Shown: positions 46,463 through 54,780 of the stretch, piece by piece | How the letters are laid out: each line of letters opens with the position of its first letter | Numbering within the stretch: the stretch's first letter is position 1 | DNA from: a virus | Taxonomy: Duplodnaviria; Caudoviricetes | Length of the DNA stretch: 64,000 nt | Virus record (IMG/VR): IMGVR_UViG_3300035698_013504 | Coordinates: 64,001-128,000 of that record | Direction: 5' to 3' (one strand) | Notes under the pieces: generated by a model | Databases searched by the model: none | Told to the model about the DNA's origin: nothing | Seen by the model: only the letters and a program-made list of their open reading frames with translations | Translations under genes and position numbers: made by a program

Positions 46463-47800
46463 ATGGCACAGCTTGAACCGTTTACAGTAGCACCTGAAGA
46501 CATAGCCGCCTGCGCGGGCTGTGGTGAAGATGTACGTGGTGCTGCGTTCAAAGACGTAGAGACCTCGAGGATTGTATGCACAGAGTGCAAGGACCTCTAT
46601 ACTGCCCCGGCCAAGCCGCGGCTGCCTGCCGTAACGGTCCGTAGCGAGCCCATGGACGTTGAACCTGTCTACGACAGCCCGGTGGGCTATAAACCAGAAG
46701 AGCTTCAGCCCTGCGGTATATGCGCGATGCTGTTGCGCAGCGAAGAGTCCATGTGGGATGTTGGACGCAGGCGCATTCTGTGTAAGGTATGTGCGTCCAC
46801 CGAATACCCGGACCAGGTACGACTTGAATCTGGGATAGTCGTCACGAAGAAACCGGTTACCACCGACGCGGGCGAAGTGAAAGGCAACATCGAGGTAATC
46901 GAGGCCCGTAAGCGTGTTGACGACATGATGACCCAACAAGGTGCGGAAGTTCTTCAACAACTCCCCCCTACGGTTAGCGCCGCGCCTACGGTGCCAGACC
47001 ACCAGACCATACAGCGGCTAGGAGGACCTGACGTAGCAGCTATGATGCAGACACACCCAGAGCTCAGATACATCGAGCCGCCCGTTGAGATACACGTCCT
47101 TCTTTATGGCAACTACACCAACTTGCACTTCCGGTGCATCAACAGCATCATTGCCAATACCCCGCCCGGCACCTACTCTCTTCGTATTGGTTGCAACGAG
47201 GTGTGTGAGGAGACGATGAAGTGGTTGGAAACAAGCGTCATGACGCAAGTCGATGACGTCAGACTCTTTGTCGCCAGGAAGAACGTCAACAAGTATCCTC
47301 TCATGCAGAAGATGTTTGCGGACATTCAGTCGAAGTGGGTGGTGTGGTTCGACGATGACACGTACGTCCTCGACGGTAACTGGCTGCAGAATCTCTCGAT
47401 GAAGGTGGCTAAGCGGCGCCCGCAGGGCTATGCCTGCTTCGGTAAACCGCTATACGTCCACGTCAAAGAGGGGAACCAGGAGTGGATGAAGCAAGCCTCG
47501 TGGTATGAAGGCATGCCTTTCGCCGAACACCCTGACGCCAAGATGCGCGACAAGGGCTACAAGAAGGTAGACTTCATCCTTGGCGCGTGGTTCGCTATGG
47601 AAGCCTCGGTTATCCGCGAGCTTGGTTGGCCCGACAAACGCCTCAATCATAACGGTGGTGACGCCGCACTCGGCGAGGCGCTAAGGCAGCATGGGTACAA
47701 GCTCGACTGGTACCACGACGGTATCCGACCTGACGCCGAGGGCCGGGAGAACAGGCGTGGAACACATGAAGAGTATCCCGAGGCTGCACCAAAGCCGTAG
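46463..47800 (+). CDS. double Zn-finger N-terminus fused to a GT2-like glycosyltransferase
   Basis: AGGAG SD with ATG 46463; CAGC..CTEC and CGIC..CKVC; WFDDDTY DxD; FILGAWF, HNGGD. Confidence 0.7.
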   Translation: MAQLEPFTVAPEDIAACAGCGEDVRGAAFKDVETSRIVCTECKDLYTAPAKPRLPAVTVRSEPMDVEPVYDSPVGYKPEELQPCGICAMLLRSEESMWDVGRRRILCKVCASTEYPDQVRLESGIVVTKKPVTTDAGEVKGNIEVIEARKRVDDMMTQQGAEVLQQLPPTVSAAPTVPDHQTIQRLGGPDVAAMMQTHPELRYIEPPVEIHVLLYGNYTNLHFRCINSIIANTPPGTYSLRIGCNEVCEETMKWLETSVMTQVDDVRLFVARKNVNKYPLMQKMFADIQSKWVVWFDDDTYVLDGNWLQNLSMKVAKRRPQGYACFGKPLYVHVKEGNQEWMKQASWYEGMPFAEHPDAKMRDKGYKKVDFILGAWFAMEASVIRELGWPDKRLNHNGGDAALGEALRQHGYKLDWYHDGIRPDAEGRENRRGTHEEYPEAAPKP

Positions 47801-47804
47801 CTCA

Positions 47805-47813
47805 TGCTATAAT
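47805..47813 (+). promoter_or_regulatory. extended -10 promoter element
   Basis: TGCTATAAT, a perfect TGnTATAAT, ~30 nt before the 47843 start. Confidence 0.5.
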
Positions 47814-47842
47814 CTATGGAGCGGTATTGGAAAGGGAGCAGA

Positions 47843-48340
47843 ATGTCTTCATCGTCTTCATCGTCTTCATCCGCATGGCCGTACAGGTACGTAAAGCTAC
47901 AGAAGAGTGTACCCGTCCGTTGGGACAGAGGTGCGCTCCACGGGTACCGTATGCTCGTCGAGGTGACAGAAGCCTACCTAATGAGCAGTGCGATCTTCAT
48001 CTACCGCAGATTCTCTGCAGGTGCGGGCGAATCGGATACGTACGACGAGTTCACGAACGTCGCCTCCCCCGCGGATATGGAAGAGTACCCGCTGACAATA
48101 CCCAATGAGACAGGTCGGCCGTTCTTCCGCTTGGCCACCATTGATCTTATCTTCAGGAACCTGGCTGACGCCGATGACGTGTGGGAATACATCCAGGCCG
48201 AGGTGAACTCGCTTGTTGTAGGTCTGAACAGGATGGATGACCTGGAAGCCACGTCGGTTGCCTTCTTCGGTAGCTCCAGTTCGTCCTCAAGTAACTCATC
48301 CTCGTCAAGTAGCTATTCGTCATCCTCATCCTCAGAGTAG
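47843..48340 (+). CDS. protein with poly-Ser at both termini
   Basis: GGGAG SD; MSSSSSSSSSAWP... and ...GSSSSSSSNSSSSSSYSSSSSSE. Confidence 0.7.
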   Translation: MSSSSSSSSSAWPYRYVKLQKSVPVRWDRGALHGYRMLVEVTEAYLMSSAIFIYRRFSAGAGESDTYDEFTNVASPADMEEYPLTIPNETGRPFFRLATIDLIFRNLADADDVWEYIQAEVNSLVVGLNRMDDLEATSVAFFGSSSSSSSNSSSSSSYSSSSSSE

Positions 48341-48346
48341 GAAGCC

Positions 48347-48628
48347 ATGGCTCTATTTCTGTCAGAACAAGCATTGAACGGCATCCTCAACGACCTACGA
48401 GTTCGAGCGGAGTTTCCGCAGCTGTCCTCCCTATGGCGTGAGACCCGCAACAAGAAGCCGTGCAAGTGCAACAGGAGCAAGGCTAGAACGAAGATACTCC
48501 AACGAGCAAAGCGCGCGATTACGAGCCTGCCCCCGGCGAAATTGGGGAGGCTGAAAGAAATACTCGGGATCAAGAATATAGAGGTTTGTACCCTTGAGGG
48601 AGGGGTGGTCAAGCAGGTGACGCTATGA
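48347..48628 (+). CDS. basic hypothetical protein (CKC motif)
   Basis: AGGA SD; 93-aa ORF. Confidence 0.6.
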   Translation: MALFLSEQALNGILNDLRVRAEFPQLSSLWRETRNKKPCKCNRSKARTKILQRAKRAITSLPPAKLGRLKEILGIKNIEVCTLEGGVVKQVTL

Positions 48629-48688
48629 CCCGATCGCCTTCATACATCCCGCTTAGAGGGTTACTATAAGCTGGAGACCCGTAGCTGT

Positions 48689-48915
48689 GCACTTCCTCCC
48701 ATAGGAGGTGTTGGTTGGCAAGATTGTCAGCGTTTCAAATAGGAAAGTTACTAGCAATCATATTTTGGATTCTAGTGTTCCTTTGGTTTATTGGCGGCTC
48801 GGGTTAACCACCCGAGTCTTGGGGGCTAACGCATTTATGTGTTGGGCCCCCTCTCAGGGGGCCCAGCATGTGGCCTTACTCTTAGCTATGCGTCCTTACA
48901 CACGCACATGCGTGT
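48689..48915 (+). other. multi-hairpin non-coding region (possible structured RNA or regulatory leader)
   Basis: four inverted repeats in a ~320-nt gap, the longest ~16 bp with G-U pairs. Confidence 0.4.
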
Positions 48916-48925
48916 AGACGCTGAA

Positions 48926-48944
48926 TAGCAACGTGTTACAGAAA
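48926..48944. promoter_or_regulatory. conserved intergenic imperfect palindrome, copy 4
   Basis: TAGCAACGTGTTACAGAAA. Confidence 0.55.
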
Positions 48945-48955
48945 GGACAGCACCG

Positions 48956-49264
48956 ATGGCACAGGAAATGCAAACCGTACTCGGCAACGGTAACACCATC
49001 ACCGTCGTAAGTTCGGAGTTCGAACACGGTGACCTTATCGTGATCCTCGAAGGTCAAAAGCCTGACGAGGTTGGTTCCGCCGAAGCCAGACAGCTCGCAT
49101 ACAGTGTCCGAACGCAGAAGGGCATGGAGTCCGCTGGCCTTGAGGCTCAAGGCGGCCCGTATCCCGTGGATGAGAAAGGCGACCTCGTAGCCGCTGGCGC
49201 TCCGGTCGAGCCTGAGAACCTCAGGTTCCGGCAGGCCTTCAAGCTGAACAGGACACGGATGTGA
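48956..49264 (+). CDS. hypothetical protein
   Basis: AAGGA SD; 102 aa. Confidence 0.65.
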   Translation: MAQEMQTVLGNGNTITVVSSEFEHGDLIVILEGQKPDEVGSAEARQLAYSVRTQKGMESAGLEAQGGPYPVDEKGDLVAAGAPVEPENLRFRQAFKLNRTRM

Positions 49265-49803
49265 TCTCCGCAACAGTCAAAGACTTAATCACGGCAGACG
49301 AGTACACGCTGCAGGACATACGGCAGGGGATGTCCATCTTCCATAATCACGATCACCTCATATTCCACCCGGGGTGTGAGGAGATCGAGTTGATGGCGGA
49401 TGACATCCTTGTCGTGTCTCTGCATCGTCTACTTCTCTATATGGGGTTCGGCGCTCAGCATGTGCGTTCAATCATTGAGCACTTCAAGGATCAGCTGATA
49501 GCTATAGGGCTAGCTGTGGGTGATATGCGGAAAGTGCCGGTGATGGCGTCCACGCTACAGATCATCGACTACCGGTGGGCAATACTGGATGGGGGCATCT
49601 GGAACTTCGTGGACTACGAGGTGTCGGCGCCGCCTGAGGTACCGTTGACGTCGATCGCTATTGGGCTGCCGGTTGCTGTATACCGGGCAGTTGGAAAGAC
49701 TGCAAAGCTTCTGGAGACCCGTTCAAAAGCGGAAGAGATGAGAGCTGATCGTGAACAAGACGGATCTGCTCCAGTACCCCAGCCTCCAGCTCCTGAAGAA
49801 TAG
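49261..49803 (+). CDS. hypothetical protein
   Basis: GTGA overlap coupling; 180 aa. Confidence 0.55.
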   Translation: MISATVKDLITADEYTLQDIRQGMSIFHNHDHLIFHPGCEEIELMADDILVVSLHRLLLYMGFGAQHVRSIIEHFKDQLIAIGLAVGDMRKVPVMASTLQIIDYRWAILDGGIWNFVDYEVSAPPEVPLTSIAIGLPVAVYRAVGKTAKLLETRSKAEEMRADREQDGSAPVPQPPAPEE

Positions 49804-50359
49804 ACGTCTGGTTGTCGAAGAAGGTGGCGTGCATGATCGGGTCGTCTGAGAAGTTGATGCCAGCCATATCCTCTTGAGTGTTGGGCCGCTCTACCAGATG
49901 CCGTAACAGTTTCGGCGTTCTCCAGATACCGTACTCCTCAAGCGCCAGCCCCACGAACTGCTTGATTTCATGCGAGAAGTCGTATCCCTGTTCGTCAGGC
50001 GGGTCAAGTAGTGTGGCCTCAGCAACGGCCCACATGATCTCCTCCGGCTCAGCAAGCTCCCACTTGTCAAAACTCGCCCCGTTACCGGACAGCGCGTTAC
50101 AGATGTGATTGAATGCCTCAAGGGAGTTGTAGAAGATGTCGGTGGTCAGGAGGGTCACGGCCGCCCAGATCTTGTCCCAGTTGCCCTTAGGTAACTCGGC
50201 CCCATAGTCTTCGGCCACCTGGATACGCAACGTGTCGGGTTCCCAGCTTAGGAACGCGGTGCCGTAACGATCCATGAGGATGGCCATCAAAGCGGTAGCG
50301 GTAGCTTTAGGGCTTTCGAGGACCTTGGCGAGTTGCGCCTTAGCGAGAGGGGTGGGCAT
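49658..50359 (-). CDS. hypothetical protein
   Basis: 233-aa ORF with protein-like composition. Confidence 0.65.
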   Translation of the reverse strand: MPTPLAKAQLAKVLESPKATATALMAILMDRYGTAFLSWEPDTLRIQVAEDYGAELPKGNWDKIWAAVTLLTTDIFYNSLEAFNHICNALSGNGASFDKWELAEPEEIMWAVAEATLLDPPDEQGYDFSHEIKQFVGLALEEYGIWRTPKLLRHLVERPNTQEDMAGINFSDDPIMHATFFDNQTSILQELEAGVLEQIRLVHDQLSSLPLLNGSPEALQSFQLPGIQQPAAQ

Positions 50360-50453
50360 GGTTTACACTTTATATCTGTGCGACAGCCGCCAAACCTAGC
50401 GTTTATTTTGTATTGTGTGTCTAGTTACGGCTGTCTCACAGAATTTCTTAGAG

Positions 50454-51551
50454 TTACGCAGTAGTCGTGTTATCCAGCGCCTGCTCAAACAGGTTCGCGT
50501 CGTCGCGGGGCAGTGTCGGCAGAATCTCTGCGAACTTCTCCGCATCCACAGACAAGCCGTCATCGGACAACACGGCGGACATGAAGTCTTCGCCCATTGC
50601 CTTTGCGATCTTGTCGAGCGGCAGCGCTTCAAGCGAATCTCTAGGCACCGTGGAGCCGGTTGTCAGCTGGATGGCCGCGCCAAGAACTGACGCAGCTTTT
50701 TCCTCAGTAACACTGAAGCAGATCTCTTCAGGCATATCGAGCCCGTCGAGGTAACTGTTGAAGAGGCCGGTCTCGCGGTCAACCGTATCCAAGATGAACG
50801 CGGCCGTCTTGAGCTGGTCATGCGACAGCGACTCGGCGTTACCGAGTTCGACAGCCATCTCAGCCAGCTTCTCGCGGAGATCGTTGTGTGTTTCGCCGAG
50901 CATAAGTACCCGACCCGCGAAACCCTCGGCAACGTCCTTAGGCATGGCCATGCCAAACCCGGCGGCCTTTTCAAGCCATTGGGCGACATCACTGACGACC
51001 GGGGTGACCTGCAGAGCATCCGAACGTTTGATCAGATTACGCGCGGCGTGCTGCCTGGCAACGAGGGGGAACTTGTGGGCCTGCATATGCAGCGACTCGA
51101 TCGACCTCAGGCACGCCTCCTTTGTGTGGGCGGGGAAGAGTCGACGTTTGCCGATGCCTGCGACTTCGTAAACGAGGCCGAACTGAGCGTCGGGGATGTC
51201 ACAAGGAGCCGAAATCTTCTCATGCTCAAGGCACAGCCGGTGGAACTCAGTGCCCATACCATGGTACGTGGCGCTCTTCTCAAGCTGGTCCCTGGTGTAA
51301 CGAGCCTCTTCATCCGGGAGCTTATGGCTCTCGTCAAGGAAGAAGGCCGTAGACAGCCACGTAGCTACTTTCGTGTGGCAAGGGAACTTCCGGGTGACCG
51401 GATATGCGAAGACTGTGGGCGCTACATCGTCAAGGTTGTCAAGCGGTTTATCGACAGCCTGCTTGACGAACGGAGGAACTTCGTGTACCTTTAGAAGTAG
51501 GTGACGTCGTTGTCCGTTCAAATCAGAGTACTGGTCCGCGATAGGATTCAT
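50454..51551 (-). CDS. hypothetical protein (365 aa)
   Basis: long ORF, GAGGA SD on the - strand; internal similarity FAYPVTRKFPCHT / GKRRLFPAHT. Confidence 0.7.
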   Translation of the reverse strand: MNPIADQYSDLNGQRRHLLLKVHEVPPFVKQAVDKPLDNLDDVAPTVFAYPVTRKFPCHTKVATWLSTAFFLDESHKLPDEEARYTRDQLEKSATYHGMGTEFHRLCLEHEKISAPCDIPDAQFGLVYEVAGIGKRRLFPAHTKEACLRSIESLHMQAHKFPLVARQHAARNLIKRSDALQVTPVVSDVAQWLEKAAGFGMAMPKDVAEGFAGRVLMLGETHNDLREKLAEMAVELGNAESLSHDQLKTAAFILDTVDRETGLFNSYLDGLDMPEEICFSVTEEKAASVLGAAIQLTTGSTVPRDSLEALPLDKIAKAMGEDFMSAVLSDDGLSVDAEKFAEILPTLPRDDANLFEQALDNTTTA

Positions 51552-51552
51552 A

Positions 51553-54300
51553 ATGCAGTCCTCAGTTCAAAACTTGAATTCACTCATCTCAGCTAAGTCC
51601 ATCTTACAGGCCTTAGATGAGCGGGTCAAGACCTCTACCGCAGGTTTTCCGTTTGCGGCGGACTGCCCCTTCTGCGACGACAGCGAGAAATCCCTCCGTA
51701 TTTTTCAAGATCCGCTCGACGGTCTAGGGTCCGAACACGGACCTTGGGTATTCTGTAGGGCGTGCGATTACGCCTCCGACGGTATTGGTTTCTTCCAGAA
51801 GTACCGAGATACGCAGGGTATTGTGCGTCTTATGGGTGTTTTGCAGACTGAGGGTTTGGTTTCATTGCCCGGCTCCATCATCGACCCCGTAACGATATCG
51901 TACTACCAGCGCGTACAAGCAATCAGCCGCATGCAGCCCATGGTACTGTGGGAAAATGCAAAACAAGAATATGCGAAAGGCGTGCAGCCGGAGTGGCACG
52001 AGTTACTGTTTGACAAGAAGTTGTGGGGCTCAGTAGGCGCAAGACAGTGGCGCGGACGCATGGACCGATACATCGGAATGATGACCCGCGACGACATCCT
52101 GAAGTATATCCCGGATGCAATGCTACCTCAGAAGGGCATGAGGCACGCGCTTGTTATACCCTACTACGATCTGCCGGGGCGCATACGTTCTATCCTGTTT
52201 GCGTCTAAGAACCAGGAGTACAGGTACTATGTCGATGAGCCTGAACTAGAGACACACGATGCCGGACTGGCGTGGATCAACTACCTCGACCAGGAACGTG
52301 TAGTCTACGCCTTTGACAACCCGTGGCTTGGTCTGCAGATGCAGCGTAAGCATTTCTTCGCAACGCATAGCCCAATGCCAATCGTCGTATGGGACAAGAC
52401 GACTACCGGAGCATGGTTATCGCTCAACGCACAGCAGGTTATCTTCTGGGCGCCAACGCCGACCGTCGACACCTTCATCCAGGCACGCCTAGCACCGAAC
52501 TCAAAGATCGCAATGAAGCCCAGCCCGGTTGCGCGAGAGATGGATGACTTCCTAAGCAGGCGACCAGCAACAGAGTTCTTGCGAATCATGGACAAGTTTG
52601 CATCTCCATGGGAGCGTGTATTCAAGTCCTGGTTCCTCAAGCTACCTGAAAACCGTTGCGCGATGGTGTTGGAGCAGATGGAGCTAACACCCGCGGAGAC
52701 AGAGCGCATACTTCAGGACTGCGCCCGACACGAAACGCGCGAGATGAAGCTGCGGCTTGGGTACACCAAAGAGGCGCGTATCGCCAACTGGTCGACCTCC
52801 AAGATTAGATCAGAAGCCGCAGGCTGGTTCAACACGAACAAGGGGCGCAAGACTTTCCAGATTACGAGTTTCCACCTCGAGATACGTAAGACCGTTCACC
52901 ACAAGCCCACTGGTAAGCATTACGTTGTTGGTACTCTCCAGACACACGGGTGCGCCGACATGGTGTTTACAGCTGAGCACGACGAGTTCGCTGAAGCCCC
53001 CGGGCAATGGATAACCCGGTTCATGATGGACAAGGGGCAACCCAAGCCGTTCATCTTACGCGGGTGGGAAAACAAGCTGATGAATATTGCTCAGGCGTTC
53101 CACTCTCCAACGAGTGAATCGTCTGACGGTAAGATTGGCTGGCAGCAGGGCACAGGCTCTTTTGTGTTCCCGTCGTTCTCGTACCAGAATGGAAAGACGA
53201 TACGGGGCCGGTCACTATTCCTCATTCAGCCCGACGAGGACTTGCCGTTCCGCGGGCTATACCCGCCGCGCATTGCACTTACTCCGGAGATCGCCAACTC
53301 CTGGGCAGCTACAACGTCCAGCACCGCGGTGTTCCTCGCGACGGCCGCCACAGTGATGGCAAACATGCTCGCCCCTGTCTTCGAGCAGCCGTACACACCT
53401 GTTGGGTTCGTTGGCACCGAGAATGACGCCAGCAGCTATGTCGGTCGGATGACTGTAGACGCGCTGCGCCTCGTGAGGGTCGGGAACGACATCCTGGCTA
53501 ACCGAACTAGAGGGGCTGTGCGTGACGCGCTCATGCTAAAGACAGAAGAACACACCGTACCCTACTTCTTCGACAAGGACGTGCTCGGGGAGAAGGGTCT
53601 TGCGCTATGGGCCACCGACGTGACACGGCCGATCATCGCAAGGCTCAGCCTGCTAGACCAGTATGCTGTAGCTACCTGCGGGACCTGGATGTTTATCAGA
53701 GCGCCCGGCGTGGCAACCAGAGCCAACAAGATTCTGAACATGCCCGCGATACTCAGGTACCTCAGATGGATACAGTCAAAGAACTACGAGCTTGAGGTAA
53801 CAGGCATCTATCAGATCGACGTGCTGAAGAGTATGCGTGAATGGCTGGAGTCAGAATACCCGGACATCTCGTTTGCTGGCGCCTTCGACGAAGCTGAAGC
53901 GTCTATGAGTTACCTCTCTGTTGCGCCGGATATGTACTCGATAAGCGAGCGGATGCTGTTGTTGGTCTGCGAGTTGTACCGACGCGACGAGATCAAAAAG
54001 ATCAACGTACCGTTCTATGAGGCGTACAAGAAGGGCACACTACCGGCGATGAAGAAGGCAACGGTACTCGTTGATAACGACAGCCAGGTAGTCTACATAT
54101 CCAGAAGAAGGTTGTTGCAAAGATTGCAACGACTGGGGCTGCCTCATCCTAACCTGTCAGACGTGGCACAGTCATTCATTAAGAGTGGCGCCCTCCTTGA
54201 GGACATCGAGGATGCTGATAACGGCTCAGGGTGGGTGATCAAGCGTAAGACTTTCGAGAGGGTCTCGAAGGCCTGGAAAGATGCAAGTAGCGCTGTTTAG
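51553..54300 (+). CDS. primase/helicase-like protein with N-terminal Zn-finger, apparently degenerate
   Basis: CPFC...CRAC Zn-finger; ALVIPYYDLPG primase-core-like motif; no clear Toprim acidic motifs or Walker A. Confidence 0.45.
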   Translation: MQSSVQNLNSLISAKSILQALDERVKTSTAGFPFAADCPFCDDSEKSLRIFQDPLDGLGSEHGPWVFCRACDYASDGIGFFQKYRDTQGIVRLMGVLQTEGLVSLPGSIIDPVTISYYQRVQAISRMQPMVLWENAKQEYAKGVQPEWHELLFDKKLWGSVGARQWRGRMDRYIGMMTRDDILKYIPDAMLPQKGMRHALVIPYYDLPGRIRSILFASKNQEYRYYVDEPELETHDAGLAWINYLDQERVVYAFDNPWLGLQMQRKHFFATHSPMPIVVWDKTTTGAWLSLNAQQVIFWAPTPTVDTFIQARLAPNSKIAMKPSPVAREMDDFLSRRPATEFLRIMDKFASPWERVFKSWFLKLPENRCAMVLEQMELTPAETERILQDCARHETREMKLRLGYTKEARIANWSTSKIRSEAAGWFNTNKGRKTFQITSFHLEIRKTVHHKPTGKHYVVGTLQTHGCADMVFTAEHDEFAEAPGQWITRFMMDKGQPKPFILRGWENKLMNIAQAFHSPTSESSDGKIGWQQGTGSFVFPSFSYQNGKTIRGRSLFLIQPDEDLPFRGLYPPRIALTPEIANSWAATTSSTAVFLATAATVMANMLAPVFEQPYTPVGFVGTENDASSYVGRMTVDALRLVRVGNDILANRTRGAVRDALMLKTEEHTVPYFFDKDVLGEKGLALWATDVTRPIIARLSLLDQYAVATCGTWMFIRAPGVATRANKILNMPAILRYLRWIQSKNYELEVTGIYQIDVLKSMREWLESEYPDISFAGAFDEAEASMSYLSVAPDMYSISERMLLLVCELYRRDEIKKINVPFYEAYKKGTLPAMKKATVLVDNDSQVVYISRRRLLQRLQRLGLPHPNLSDVAQSFIKSGALLEDIEDADNGSGWVIKRKTFERVSKAWKDASSAV

Positions 54301-54339
54301 TATTCCCCCCTATCTACGTACTAACCGAGGAGAAAATCT

Positions 54340-54780
54340 ATGCCGCCCGAATGTGATTTGTTCCGATATGAACCAGAACCTTTTGAGGTGTGCCCCAAGT
54401 GCGGGTCCGCCCCATTTCAATCAGTTAAGCGCGGATGGATCCAAAGGCCCAAACGCTTTCTATGGATCTTGTGGAAGCAGCCGTACTGCGCTATTGTCTG
54501 TTCTATCTGCGGTTGTCTAATTGGGCACGAGTACCCGCCGGAACCCAAAGACGACGATCAAACGTTCGCTAAGATTACACTCCCCAAGTTCAAACCAGGC
54601 GTACCGATGCCCGCCGTAGATCCTGCAGATGTATGTAACCTGGACGACCCGTCTTCCGCTATCTTCGCGGAAACTGTAAAGATGGTAAACGATATGGGCA
54701 TCTCCGTACAGATAGGTGACAAGGTGGTCACCCCGGGGACAGCCGCGGATGAGGTGCTTAAAGCTATCCGTAAGGACTAA
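54340..54780 (+). CDS. Zn-ribbon hypothetical protein
   Basis: GAGGAG SD; CPKC...CSIC. Confidence 0.65.
   Translation: MPPECDLFRYEPEPFEVCPKCGSAPFQSVKRGWIQRPKRFLWILWKQPYCAIVCSICGCLIGHEYPPEPKDDDQTFAKITLPKFKPGVPMPAVDPADVCNLDDPSSAIFAETVKMVNDMGISVQIGDKVVTPGTAADEVLKAIRKD

Noticed and set aside
2514-48340. Poly-Ser tracts as microsatellites or assembly artefacts
   Set aside because: Encoded by mixed TCN/AGY codons, frame-preserving and punctuated by recurring W/D/N residues; only local short duplications
49658-49803. 146-bp convergent overlap of two genes as a regulatory feature
   Set aside because: The overlapping C-termini look low-complexity and unconstrained; most likely stop-codon drift
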